Shown here in pieces: positions 48,038 through 57,180 of a stretch of 64,000 nucleotides of DNA; positions within the stretch are counted from its first letter, which is position 1, and each line of letters begins with the position of its first letter. The notes beneath the pieces were generated by a model. The model saw nothing but the letters and a program-made list of their open reading frames with translations. It did not search any database and was not told the DNA's origin. The position numbers were made by a program, and so were the translations under genes. Source of the stretch: Deltaproteobacteria bacterium (GTDB taxonomy: Bacteria; Myxococcota_A; UBA9160; PR03); the NCBI GenBank assembly GCA_035063765.1, contig JAPSFT010000001.1:7497-71496 (forward strand), written 5' to 3'.

Positions 48038-49149
48038 GCGGAGCGCGCCGGCCGGATCGCCGAGCCGGTCGTGGAGCCGCGCGTCGTGGCGGAGGTGCGC
48101 TACGCCGAGGGCACCCGCGACGGGCGCCTGCGCCAGCCCGTCCTGCTGCGCCTGCGCGAGGACAAGAGGCCCGCCGGGATCGATGCGCCGCCCGGCCCGC
48201 GAGGCGGGCGCCCGAAGGTCCCGCGAAGCCGAAGGAGAAGAGCACGAAACCGAAGCCCGGACACGAGCTTGTCCTCACGAACCTCGACAAGACCTTCTGG
48301 CCGGACGAGGGCCTCACCAAGGGCGACCTGCTCGGCTACTACCGCGCGATCGCCCCCTGGCTCCTGCCCTACCTGCGCGACCGCCCGCTCACGCTCGTCC
48401 GGCACCCGGACGGGATCACGGGCAAGGCGTTCTTCCAGAAGGACGCGCCCGCCTCGGCGCCCGCGTGGGTGCGGCGCGAGCGGCTCTGGAGCGAGCACGG
48501 CCGTCGCGAGATCCGCTTCTTCGTCGTGGACGACGTGGACGCGCTGCTCTACGTCGCGAACCTCGGCGCCATCGCGCTCCACGTGCAGGCGAGCCGGGTC
48601 GCCGACCTCGCGCATCCCGACTGGTGCATCCTCGACCTCGACCCCAAGGGCGCACCCTTCCGCGACGTCGTCACGATCGCACGTACCCTCCATGGGCTCA
48701 CCGGCGAGATCGGGCTCCCGGCCTTCCCGAAGACCAGCGGCTCGGCGGGTCTGCACGTGCTCGTGCCCCTCGGAGGGCGCCTCACCTTCGCGAAGGCGCG
48801 CACGCTCGCGGAGCTCCTCGCGCGCGAGGTGGTGGCGCGCCACCCCGGGATCGCGACGCTCGCGCGGCGCGTGGCTGCTCGCGGCGGGCGCGTCTACGTC
48901 GACACCGGCCAGAACGGGCACGGGAAGCTCCTCGTGGCGCCCTTCTCGGTGCGCGCGCTGCCCGGGGCGCCGGTCTCGATGCCGCTGCGCTGGAGCGAGC
49001 TCGGCCCGCGCCTCGACCCGCGGCGCTTCACGATCCGCAACGCGCTCGCGCGCCTGCGCCGGCTCGGCGAGGATCCCCTCGCGCCGGTCCGGGGCCCCGC
49101 GCCCGACCTGCTCGGGGCGCTCGAACGGCTGGCCCGGCGGGGCCGCTGA
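48038..49149 (+). pseudogene. ligD: LigD remnant: last ~40 codons of the ATP-dependent ligase (OB) domain, a frameshift, then an apparently intact primase-polymerase (LigD-Pol) domain lacking any ATG/GTG/TTG start
   Basis: One frame reads AEPVVEPRVVAEVRYAEGTRDGRLRQPVLLRLREDKRP, the ligase-domain C-terminus. The next frame reads PAKPKEKSTKPKPGHELVLTNLDKTFWPDEG ... CILDLDP ... SGSAGLHVLVP ... VYVDTGQNGHGKLLVAPFSVR. That frame has no canonical start between 47971 and GTG 48469. Confidence 0.6.
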
Positions 49150-49200
49150 TCCCCCCACCGCTATCCTGCCCCCCCTGCCACGCAAGAACGGGGACGTCGG

Positions 49201-50088
49201 TTGCGTCGTCTGTCTCTCCTCGCGATCGCGCTCGCCGCCCGGGTCTGCGTGGCGCACGCCGCGCCGCCGCCGCCGCTCGGCGTGGTCGCCACCATCGAGC
49301 CGATCGCGATGATCGCGCGCGAGCTCGCCGGCGCGCACTTCACCGTCTCGACCCTCGTGCCGCCCGGCGCGAGCCCCCACACCTTCGATCCGCGCCCCGG
49401 CGACGTCGTGCGGGTGGCACGAGCCGCGCTCCTGATCGCGGTCGGGGGCGGCCTCGACGGCTGGACGCAGCGCCTGCTCGGCGCGAGCGGGCGCCCGGTC
49501 GAGACGCTCGTGCTGCTCGAGCTGCCGGACCTCGCGCCGCTGCCCGCGGCGGGCGCGGCGTCGCGCGGGTCCGATCCCCACGTCTGGCTCGACCCGCTCC
49601 GGGTGCGCGACGTGCTCGCGCCCGCCATCGCCGCCCGCCTGGAACACCTCGATCCCGCGCACGCCGCCGACACGGCGGCGCGGCTCGCCGATCTCCAGGC
49701 GCGCCTCACGAGCCTCGATCGCGACCTGCGCGCCGTGCTCGCGGGCCCGCGCCGCGCCTACGTGGCCTTCCACGCCGCCTGGCGCTACTTCGGGGCGCGC
49801 TACGGGCTGGAGGAGATCGGCGTGATCGAGGAGGCCCCCGGCGAGGAGCCGGGCCCGCGCGAGCTGGCGGAGCTGGTCGCGGCGGCGCGCGCCGTTGGCG
49901 TGCGCGCGATCCTGATCGAGCCGCAGCTCGACCCGCGCGTGGCGCGCACGCTGGCCGCGGAGTTCGGCGCCACCACCATACTGGTCGATCCCAACGGCGA
50001 CCCCACGGATCCTGAACGAGCCGGCTACGAAGGGCTCCTGCGCTGGAACGCCCGGGCCTTCGCGCGAGCGCTGGGCGGGAGCTCATGA
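49201..50088 (+). CDS. znuA: zinc ABC transporter substrate-binding protein ZnuA-like
   Basis: The start is TTG and a signal peptide is present. Cluster-9 SBP motifs are GASPHTFDPRPGD, SDPHVWLDP and HAAWRYF. Confidence 0.88.
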   Translation: MRRLSLLAIALAARVCVAHAAPPPPLGVVATIEPIAMIARELAGAHFTVSTLVPPGASPHTFDPRPGDVVRVARAALLIAVGGGLDGWTQRLLGASGRPVETLVLLELPDLAPLPAAGAASRGSDPHVWLDPLRVRDVLAPAIAARLEHLDPAHAADTAARLADLQARLTSLDRDLRAVLAGPRRAYVAFHAAWRYFGARYGLEEIGVIEEAPGEEPGPRELAELVAAARAVGVRAILIEPQLDPRVARTLAAEFGATTILVDPNGDPTDPERAGYEGLLRWNARAFARALGGSS

Positions 50089-50831
50089 GCGAGGTCGCGA
50101 TCCGCTTCGAGCACGTCGACGTGCTCCGCGACGGCCGGCTCGTGCTCGAGGACGTGAGCTTCGCGGTGGGCACGGGTCAGTTCGTCGGCGTGGTGGGCCC
50201 GAACGGCGCCGGCAAGACGACGCTCCTGCGCGCGCTCCTCGGCCTCCTGCCGGTGGCGCGCGGGCGCATCGAGGTGCTGGGGCGGCCGCCGGGCGCGGCG
50301 CGCGGCGAGATCGGCTACGTGCCCCAGCGACACATGATCGCCCCGGGCTTCCCGGCGACCGTCCGCGACGTGGTGGCGATGGGCCGGCGCGGGCGCCTGC
50401 GCGCGGGCGACCGCGAGGCGGTGGAGCGCGCCCTCGCGCGCGTGGACCTGCTCGAGCGCGCGGGCCGGCCGGTGGGCCGGCTCTCGGGCGGCGAGCAGCG
50501 GCGCGTGATGCTCGCCCAGGCGCTCTGCGCGGGCGCGCGCCTGCTGGTCCTCGACGAGCCCACGATCGGCCTCGACCTGCCGGCCGAGCAGGCCTTCTAC
50601 GCGCTGCTGCGCGGCCTCGACACCACCGTGCTCGCGGTCTCCCACGACCTCCTCGCGCTCGCCTCGGTGGCCGACGAGCTGATCTGCATCAACCGCACGA
50701 TGCACGTGCACGGCAACCCGGACGACGTCGTCCACAGCCACGCGCTGCGCGCCGCCTACCACTGCGAGTTCGACTTCCTGGCGGGCGAGCTCGCGCACCA
50801 CTCGAAGCCCTCCGCGGACCCGCGCTCCTGA
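50085..50831 (+). CDS. znuC: zinc ABC transporter ATP-binding protein ZnuC-like
   Basis: [20 protein letters not shown] and LLVLDEP are present. ATGA overlap with znuA. Confidence 0.9.
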   Translation: MSEVAIRFEHVDVLRDGRLVLEDVSFAVGTGQFVGVVGPNGAGKTTLLRALLGLLPVARGRIEVLGRPPGAARGEIGYVPQRHMIAPGFPATVRDVVAMGRRGRLRAGDREAVERALARVDLLERAGRPVGRLSGGEQRRVMLAQALCAGARLLVLDEPTIGLDLPAEQAFYALLRGLDTTVLAVSHDLLALASVADELICINRTMHVHGNPDDVVHSHALRAAYHCEFDFLAGELAHHSKPSADPRS

Positions 50832-51625
50832 TGCTGGAGCTCGCCTTCATGCAGCGTGCGCTGCTGGCCGCCGCGGCGATCGGCCTGGTGTGCGGCGCCC
50901 TCGGCTTCTTCGTCGTGCTGCGCCGGCTGGCCTTCATCGGGGTCGGGATCTCGCACTCGGCGATCGGCGGCGTCGCGCTCGCCGTCGTGCTCGGCTGGCC
51001 GCCGCTCGGGACGGCGGCGGTCTTCGCCGTGGCTGTGGCGCTCGCGATCGCGCGCCTCGCGCGCAGCGGGCGCCTGTCCGAGGACGCCGTGATCGGGATC
51101 TTCTTCTCGGGCTCGCTGGCGCTCGGGGTGGTGCTCTTCAGCCTGCGCCGGGGCTACCAGCAGGACCTCTTCGGCTACCTGTTCGGCAACGTGCTCGCGA
51201 TCACGCCGGGCGAGCTCGCGCTGCTTGCGGCCGCCGGCGCGGCGGTGCTGGCGGCGCTCGCGATCAGCTTCCGCCCGCTGCTCTTCCTGGCCTTCGACGA
51301 GGAGGTGGCGCGCGCCTACGGCCACCCGGTGGCCGCGCTCGAGACGGGGCTGCTGGTGCTCCTGGCCGTGACCGTGGTGATCGGGGTGCGGCTGGTCGGC
51401 GTGATCCTGGTCGAGGCCCTGCTCGTGGTCCCCGCCGCCACCGCGACCCTCTGGGCCACCCACTACCGGGCCCAGCTCGCCCTCGCGATGGCCCTCGGGG
51501 CGAGCGCCGGCGTCCTGGGCCTCGCCGCCGCCTACGCCTTCGACCTGGCGGCCGGCGGCACGATCGTGCTGGTCTCGGTGGCGGGCTTCTTCGTGTCCCT
51601 CGTGCTCCGGCCCCGGCCGGGATGA
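50831..51625 (+). CDS. znuB: zinc ABC transporter permease ZnuB-like
   Basis: 264-aa multi-TM ABC-3 family permease. Its start overlaps the znuC stop by 1 nt. Confidence 0.9.
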   Translation: MLELAFMQRALLAAAAIGLVCGALGFFVVLRRLAFIGVGISHSAIGGVALAVVLGWPPLGTAAVFAVAVALAIARLARSGRLSEDAVIGIFFSGSLALGVVLFSLRRGYQQDLFGYLFGNVLAITPGELALLAAAGAAVLAALAISFRPLLFLAFDEEVARAYGHPVAALETGLLVLLAVTVVIGVRLVGVILVEALLVVPAATATLWATHYRAQLALAMALGASAGVLGLAAAYAFDLAAGGTIVLVSVAGFFVSLVLRPRPG

Positions 51626-51765
51626 CCCCTCCCGGTCCCGGGACCACGACCCGGCCCCGGGATCGCGTGCCGGGGCCCTGGGCCGGCGCGATCGTTTTGC
51701 TATCTACAGGCGCCCCGGCGGGACCCGTCGCGCCGGAGCCTGCTCTTCACGAGGGACGATCGCCG

Positions 51766-52071
51766 ATGGCCAAGACCTCCCAGGTGCACCGGGACCTGCG
51801 CCGCAAGGCGCTGATCCAGAAGCACGCCGGCAAGCGCGCCGAGCTGCGCCAGAAGCTCCAGGACCCGGAGGTCTCGATCGAGGAGAAGCTGGCCGCCCAG
51901 CTCGCCTTCTCGAAGCTGCCGCGCAACTCGTGCCCCACGCGCAAGAAGAATCGCTGCGCGATCACCGGCCGCGCGCGCGCCTACTACAAGAAGTTCGGGA
52001 TCTCCCGCATCGCGCTGCGCGAGCTCGCGCTGGCGGGGCAGCTCCCGGGCGTGCGCAAGTCGAGCTGGTAG
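51766..52071 (+). CDS. rpsN: 30S ribosomal protein S14, long cysteine-poor (C-minus) form, located outside any spc-type operon
   Basis: ATG at 51766 is in frame with ORF 50890..52071. The sequence reads [28 protein letters not shown] ... [40 protein letters not shown]. The protein is 101 aa and has no CxxC pairs. Confidence 0.92.
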   Translation: MAKTSQVHRDLRRKALIQKHAGKRAELRQKLQDPEVSIEEKLAAQLAFSKLPRNSCPTRKKNRCAITGRARAYYKKFGISRIALRELALAGQLPGVRKSSW

Positions 52072-52084
52072 GAGCGAGCGCGCC

Positions 52085-52330
52085 GTGAAGCCCGGCATCC
52101 ATCCCGACTACCACAAGGTCATCTTCGTCGACAGCGCGAGCGGGACGGAGTGGACGACGCGCTCGACGATGGGCTCGAGCGAGACGCGCGAGGTGGACGG
52201 CGAGCAGGTCCCGGTGATCCGGCTCGAGGTCTCGGCCGTGAGCCACCCGTTCTGGACCGGCCAGCTCCGCGAGGCCGCGCGCGGCGGCAAGGTCGACGAG
52301 TTCCGGCGCCGCTACGGCAAGAAGAAGTAG
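52085..52330 (+). CDS. rpmE2: 50S ribosomal protein L31 type B (no cysteines, zinc-independent form)
   Basis: The sequence reads MKPGIHPDYHKVIFVDSASGTEW ... SHPFWTGQ. The CxxC positions of zinc-binding L31 are replaced (VDSAS). Confidence 0.92.
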   Translation: MKPGIHPDYHKVIFVDSASGTEWTTRSTMGSSETREVDGEQVPVIRLEVSAVSHPFWTGQLREAARGGKVDEFRRRYGKKK

Positions 52331-52339
52331 GAGACCCCG

Positions 52340-52621
52340 ATGCCCCGCCGCTGCGAGCTCACCGGGACGCGCGTGTCGTTCGGCCACAACGTCTCGCACT
52401 CGAACCGCAAGTCGAGCCGGACGTTCGCGCCGAACCTCCAGAGCGTGTCGCTGCTCTCCGACGGCCTCGGCCGCTCCGTGCGCCTGCGCGTCTCGACGCG
52501 CGCGCTGCGCTCCGTCCAGAAGCGCGGTGGGCTCGACGCCTTCCTGCTCGGCACGCCCGACGACCGGCTTCCGCCCGAGGCCCTCGAGCTCAAGCGCCGC
52601 CTGCGCCGCGCGATCGGCTAG
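52340..52621 (+). CDS. rpmB: 50S ribosomal protein L28
   Basis: The sequence [34 protein letters not shown] is the canonical L28 N-terminus. Confidence 0.92.
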   Translation: MPRRCELTGTRVSFGHNVSHSNRKSSRTFAPNLQSVSLLSDGLGRSVRLRVSTRALRSVQKRGGLDAFLLGTPDDRLPPEALELKRRLRRAIG

Positions 52622-52655
52622 CGCGACGCCCGCCGCGGCGAGCGGACGCGAGGGA

Positions 52656-52994
52656 ATGACGGAGCGCGCCACACAGCGACGGCTCGCAGCCGCGCTCGCG
52701 GCGGCCGCGCTCCTCGCCCTCGGCGCGCCGCTCCACCAGCACCACGGCGTCTCCGAAGCATCGGCGCAGACGATCACCGGCCACGCCACGGCGGCGGACG
52801 TGGCCCACGGGGGCGCCGGCTGCCCCGCCTGCCAGACGAGCGCGACCCGCGCCGGGGCGGCGCCGCCCGGCATCGCCTCGCTGCCGTTCGCCCTCCCGGC
52901 GCTCCGCCTCGACGCGGCCCGCACGCCGGCGGCTCCATCCACCGAGACGCGTCTCCCGAGTCCGCCCCGCGGCCCACCGTCCCCGATCGCCTGA
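52656..52994 (+). CDS. small secreted His/Cys-containing hypothetical protein
   Basis: ATG at 52656 is in frame with ORF 52527..52994. It has a signal peptide (LAAALAAAALLALGAP), then HQHHG and HGGAGCPAC, and a Pro/Ala-rich tail. Confidence 0.5.
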   Translation: MTERATQRRLAAALAAAALLALGAPLHQHHGVSEASAQTITGHATAADVAHGGAGCPACQTSATRAGAAPPGIASLPFALPALRLDAARTPAAPSTETRLPSPPRGPPSPIA

Positions 52995-53108
52995 CTCGAA
53001 TCCCGTCACGAGTCATCCGGCGACCGCGTGCGTCGCGCCCTCGAGCGCGTGGCCGCGGCCGCCCGCATCGTGCGCGCGCCGGCATGACGGCGCGCGCCGG
53101 AGGGGACC

Positions 53109-54599
53109 ATGCGGAGCTCCGCGTTCCACCTGTCGATTGCCTTCCTGTGCCTTTCCTGTGCGACGGAGGCCGGCGCCGCCGAGCCGGTGCCGCCCACGAT
53201 CCAGCAGCAGCTCGACGCCCTCGCTCGCGAGAACGCCGAGCTGCGCCGCACCGTCGAGACGCTCGCCGACGAGGTGCGCGCGGCGCGCGACGAGGCGCGC
53301 GCGGCCGGCGCCCAGGCGCCCGCCGGGGCGGCGCCGATCGCCGGCGCCCCCCCCGACGGCGCACTGCTCTCGCTGGGCGGCGGCCGCCTCCAGCTCCTCG
53401 ACCTCTCGCTCGACGTGCTCGCCGCGGCCGGCTGGTCGGACGCCACCAACGACCAGCTCGGGCTGCTCGAGGGCGGCGGCCACGACCCGCGCCGGCGCGG
53501 CTTCACGCTGCAGCAGGCGGAGCTCTCGATGGCGGGCGCGGTCGACCCGTACTTCACGGGCGAGGCGCACCTGGTCTACTTCATCGATCCCGAGGGCGAA
53601 TCGCGCTTCGAGCTCGAGGAGGCGTTCGTCACCACCACGAGCCTGCCCTTCGGGCTCCACGAGCGCGGCGCGCAGCTCGAGATGGGGCACTTCTTCACCG
53701 AGTTCGGCCGCATCAACCCCCAGCACCCGCACCAGTGGGACTGGATGGACCAGCCCGTCGTGAGCACGCGCTTCTTCGGCGAAGACGGGCTGCGCGCGCC
53801 CGGCGTGCGGCTCGGCTGGCTGCTCCCGGTGCCGTGGTTCTCCGAGGTCCACCTCGGCGCGCAGAACGCCAACGGCGAGACGATGCTCTCGTTCCTGGCC
53901 AGCGACGAGGCCTTCGAGGAGCGCCCGATCGGGGGGCGGCCCTTCGCCGACGTCGACGTGCGCTCGCCGAAGGACCTGCTCTACCTGGCGCGCTGGGTGA
54001 ACGGCGTCGACCTCTCGGACACGACGAGCGCGCAGCTCGGCGTCTCCTACGTGACCGGCCCGAACGCGACCGGGCCGGACGGGAGGACCCACATCGTGGG
54101 GGGCGACGTCGTCGTGAAGTGGCGTCCGCTCAGCGCCGAACACGGCTGGCCCTTCGTGACCTTCCAGGCCGAGCTGATGGGCCGCCGCTACGAGGCCGAC
54201 GGCTTCGACCTGTGCCTCGACGAGGACTGCCAGGACCTGGTCGGGGTCGGCAGCGACGACCTCGAGGACTGGGGCTTCTACGCGCAGCTCCTCTACGGCT
54301 TCCGGCGCAACTGGGCCGCTGGCTTCCGCGTCGAGCACGCGGGCGGCAGCGGCCACGACTTCGACCAGGACAGCTCGCTCGACGACGGCGCGCCGGTCTT
54401 CGCCTCGCGCGAGGACGACCCGTTCCGGAGCGACCGCACCCGGATCGCGCCGCTGCTGGTCTTCCATCCCTCGGAGTTCTCGCGCCTGCGCCTGCAGGCC
54501 AACTACGACTGGACCGAAGGCCCGGAGCTCGACGACGCGCTCTCCGTGTGGGCCGGGATCGAGTTCCTGTTCGGCGCCCACGCGGCGCACGCGTACTAG
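53109..54599 (+). CDS. outer-membrane beta-barrel (porin-like) protein with N-terminal coiled coil and His-rich C-terminus
   Basis: 496-aa ORF with a signal peptide (LSIAFLCLSCATEAGAA) and a heptad-like segment (IQQQLDALARENAELRRTVETLADEV). Long stretches alternate hydrophobic and polar residues. It ends ...FLFGAHAAHAY, with the terminal aromatic typical of OMP barrels. Confidence 0.7.
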   Translation: MRSSAFHLSIAFLCLSCATEAGAAEPVPPTIQQQLDALARENAELRRTVETLADEVRAARDEARAAGAQAPAGAAPIAGAPPDGALLSLGGGRLQLLDLSLDVLAAAGWSDATNDQLGLLEGGGHDPRRRGFTLQQAELSMAGAVDPYFTGEAHLVYFIDPEGESRFELEEAFVTTTSLPFGLHERGAQLEMGHFFTEFGRINPQHPHQWDWMDQPVVSTRFFGEDGLRAPGVRLGWLLPVPWFSEVHLGAQNANGETMLSFLASDEAFEERPIGGRPFADVDVRSPKDLLYLARWVNGVDLSDTTSAQLGVSYVTGPNATGPDGRTHIVGGDVVVKWRPLSAEHGWPFVTFQAELMGRRYEADGFDLCLDEDCQDLVGVGSDDLEDWGFYAQLLYGFRRNWAAGFRVEHAGGSGHDFDQDSSLDDGAPVFASREDDPFRSDRTRIAPLLVFHPSEFSRLRLQANYDWTEGPELDDALSVWAGIEFLFGAHAAHAY

Positions 54600-54608
54600 G
54601 AGGCCGCC

Positions 54609-55622
54609 ATGACCCTGCGACAGCTCGCGCTTCCGATCCTCTTCGTCGCCATGCTCGCGCCGGGGGGCGCCCGCGCCGACGCGCTGCGGGTGGTGGCGAC
54701 CACCCCGGACCTCGCCGACCTCGCCCGGCAGGTGGGCGGCGACGCGGTCGAGGTCACCTCGCTCGCCAAGGGCCCCCAGGACGTCCACTTCGTCGAGCCG
54801 CGCCCGAGCTTCGTGAAGGAGCTGCACCGGGCGGAGCTGCTGATCCGTGTGGGCATGGGGCTCGAGAGCGGCTGGCTACCCCCCCTGCTCGGCGCAGCCC
54901 GCAACCCCCGCATCCAGCGCGGCGCCGCAGGCTCCCTCGACGCCTCGACGGCGATCGTGCCGCGCGAGGTGCCGCAGGCCCGGGTCGACCGCTCGATGGG
55001 CGACGTGCACCCGTTCGGGAACCCGCACTACCTGCCGGATCCGCTGAACGGGCTGCGCGTCGCGGGCGCGATCCGCGACCGGCTCTCGGCGCTGCGTCCG
55101 GACCAGGCGCGCGCGTTCGCCGCGCGCTACCACGCGTTCGCTGCCCGGCTCGTCGAACGGCTGGTGGGCGCGGAGCTCGCGGGGCAGCGCACGCCGGCCG
55201 AGATCGCGGCCGCCGTCGAGGCAGGCCGGCTCCCGGCGCTGGTCGCCGAGGCGGGTGCGTCGCTCGGGGGCTGGCTCGGTGCGATCGGGACCGGGCCGCC
55301 GCGCAAGGCGGTGGAGGACCATCGCGCGTGGATCTACCTGGCCGAGCGCTTCGGGCTCGAGCTGGTGGCCGCGCTCGAGCCGCTGCCGGGCATCGCGCCG
55401 ACCACGCGCCAACTCCAGGAGGTGGTCGAGCAAATGCAGGCGGAACGCGTGAATCTGATCCTGTCTACCCCGTACTTCTCGCCGCGCCACGCGGAGTTCG
55501 TCGCGGAACGCACGGGCGCGCGCATCGTCGAGCTCGCCCACCAGACCGGCAGCCGTCCGGGCACCGACGACTACCTGGCGACGGTCGACTTCAACGTGCG
55601 TGCGCTGGTCGGGGCGCGCTGA
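54609..55622 (+). CDS. second metal (Zn/Mn-type) ABC transporter substrate-binding protein
   Basis: A signal peptide is present. The motifs LRVVATTPDLADL, QDVHFVEPRPS, GDVHPFGNPHY and DHRAWIYL indicate a cluster-9 SBP of a different subtype from the znuA at 49201. Confidence 0.85.
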   Translation: MTLRQLALPILFVAMLAPGGARADALRVVATTPDLADLARQVGGDAVEVTSLAKGPQDVHFVEPRPSFVKELHRAELLIRVGMGLESGWLPPLLGAARNPRIQRGAAGSLDASTAIVPREVPQARVDRSMGDVHPFGNPHYLPDPLNGLRVAGAIRDRLSALRPDQARAFAARYHAFAARLVERLVGAELAGQRTPAEIAAAVEAGRLPALVAEAGASLGGWLGAIGTGPPRKAVEDHRAWIYLAERFGLELVAALEPLPGIAPTTRQLQEVVEQMQAERVNLILSTPYFSPRHAEFVAERTGARIVELAHQTGSRPGTDDYLATVDFNVRALVGAR

Positions 55623-56320
55623 TGCCGGTGCTCGCGTTGCGCGGCGCGCGCATCGGCCACGGCGGGCGCAGCGTGCTCGCCGGCGTGGACTGGGAGGTCC
55701 ACGCCGGCGAGAGCTGGTTCGTGCTCGGCCCGAACGGCGCCGGCAAGACCTCCCTCCTCCACACCGTGCTGGGCCTGCTGCCGCTCCAGGGCGGGCGGCT
55801 CGAACGCGACCCCGAGCGCGCGAGCCTGGCGCGGATCGGCTTCGTGCCGCAGCGCTGCGAGCTGAGCCCGACGCTGCCGACGACCGTCCGCGAGTTCGTG
55901 ACGCTCGGGCGGGTCGGCCTGCCTCGCGCGCGCGCTGGCGAGCTCGCCGAGGCCCTCGCACGCGCGGGCCTCGCGGGGCTCGAGGAGCGCAGCTACTGGT
56001 CGCTCTCGGGCGGCCAGCGGCAGCGCGCGCTGGTGGCGCGGGCGCTCGTGCGCCGGCCCGCCCTCCTGATCCTCGACGAGCCCACCGAGGGCCTCGATCC
56101 GCCCAGCGAGGACGCCTTCCTCGAGGTCGTGGACGCGCTCCAACGCGAGCGGAGGGTGACGGTGCTCTTCGTCACGCACCGGCTCGCGCTGGCCGCGCGG
56201 CGCGCGAGCCACCTCGCGCTGGTGGACGCCGGCACCGTGGTCGCCGGGCCACGCGAGGAGATGCTGGGCCGGCCCGAGCTGCGGCGCGCCTTCGGATCGG
56301 CGCTGGCGGGCCTCGCGTGA
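55622..56320 (+). CDS. metal ABC transporter ATP-binding protein
   Basis: ATG at 55622 overlaps the upstream TGA by 1 nt. [19 protein letters not shown] and LLILDEP are present. Confidence 0.9.
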   Translation: MPVLALRGARIGHGGRSVLAGVDWEVHAGESWFVLGPNGAGKTSLLHTVLGLLPLQGGRLERDPERASLARIGFVPQRCELSPTLPTTVREFVTLGRVGLPRARAGELAEALARAGLAGLEERSYWSLSGGQRQRALVARALVRRPALLILDEPTEGLDPPSEDAFLEVVDALQRERRVTVLFVTHRLALAARRASHLALVDAGTVVAGPREEMLGRPELRRAFGSALAGLA

Positions 56321-57165
56321 TCGAATCGTTCCTCGAGTCCTGGGCGCTGTTCCAGACCACGTATCTCGCGGGAACGGCGCTGGCGGCGCTGCTCGCGCTG
56401 GTGGGCGTGTGGGTGGTGGCGCGCGAGCAGGTCTTCCTCGGCGCCGCGATCGGCCAGGCCTCGACGCTCGGCATCGCAGCCCTGCTGTGGGGCGCCGGGC
56501 TCGGCGCAGCGGCGCACTGGCCGTGGCTCGAATCGCGCGCCGCCGCCGACGTCGCCGCGGTGGCGGCGTCGGTGACGACGGCGCTGCTGACCGCGAGCCC
56601 GCGGCGCGCAGGTGCGGCGGGCGCCGAGGCGCGCACGGCGTGGATCTTCCTCGCCGCTGCGAGCCTGCCGGTGCTGCTGCTCGCGCACAGCCCGCACGGG
56701 CTCGAGGAGGTGCACCGGCTGATGTTCTCGACCCTGATCGGCGCCCACGAAGGGGAACTCGCGGTGTTCGCGGCCCTGGCGGCAGCGAGCATGCTCGGGG
56801 CTGCGTGCTGGAGCGACCGGCTCCGGCTGCTCGCGATGGACCCGGAGATGGCGGCGGCGGTCGGGATCCCGGCCCGGCGCTGGCTGCGCGGCGTGGCGCT
56901 GTGGCTCGGGCTCGCGATCGGCCTCTCGATCCGCTCCTCGGGTCTCATCTACACCCTCGGATGTTTGGTGCTCCCGGCGCTCGTGGCGCGCAACCTGTGT
57001 CGCGAGGTGCGGCCGATGCTCTGGGTAGCGCCGGCCGTCGCGGCGGCATCCGCCCTCACGGCCTTCGTAGTCGCCAATGCCGCCGACGTGCCGCCGGCGC
57101 ACGCCGCGGTCGCGCTCCTTTGCGCGCTCGTGGCCCTGACCGCACCCCGGCACCGGACTGCCTGA
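56317..57165 (+). CDS. metal ABC transporter permease (ABC-3 family)
   Basis: GTG at 56317 overlaps the upstream stop (GTGA) and is in frame with ORF 55600..57165. The protein is multi-TM. Confidence 0.85.
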   Translation: MIESFLESWALFQTTYLAGTALAALLALVGVWVVAREQVFLGAAIGQASTLGIAALLWGAGLGAAAHWPWLESRAAADVAAVAASVTTALLTASPRRAGAAGAEARTAWIFLAAASLPVLLLAHSPHGLEEVHRLMFSTLIGAHEGELAVFAALAAASMLGAACWSDRLRLLAMDPEMAAAVGIPARRWLRGVALWLGLAIGLSIRSSGLIYTLGCLVLPALVARNLCREVRPMLWVAPAVAAASALTAFVVANAADVPPAHAAVALLCALVALTAPRHRTA

Positions 57166-57170
57166 GGGTT

Positions 57171-57180
57171 CCCCCCCCCC
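57171..57180. repeat. intergenic homopolymeric C10 tract
   Basis: Ten consecutive C residues lie 5 nt after the permease stop codon (TGA 57163-57165) and about 120 nt upstream of the small PEP-CTERM ORF. Confidence 0.9.

Noticed and set aside
47968-48262. The CBS-6 frame stays open after its TGA all the way into the LigD polymerase domain. That raised the idea of a stop-codon read-through fusion.
   Set aside because: The roughly 95 intervening codons translate to Arg/Ala/Gly junk. The genuine ligase-domain remnant is in a different frame. The shared frame therefore looks coincidental.
49150-49200. I searched the regions upstream of znuA, rpsN (51626-51765) and the barrel gene (52995-53108) for Zur/Fur-type AT-rich palindromes.
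   Set aside because: None was found. There are only GC-rich palindromes (GGTCCCGGGACC at 51634-51645; GGCCCCGG-N9-CCGGGGCC at 51653-51677) and the TGACTCG-N10-CGAGTCA repeat. None of these resembles known Zur boxes.
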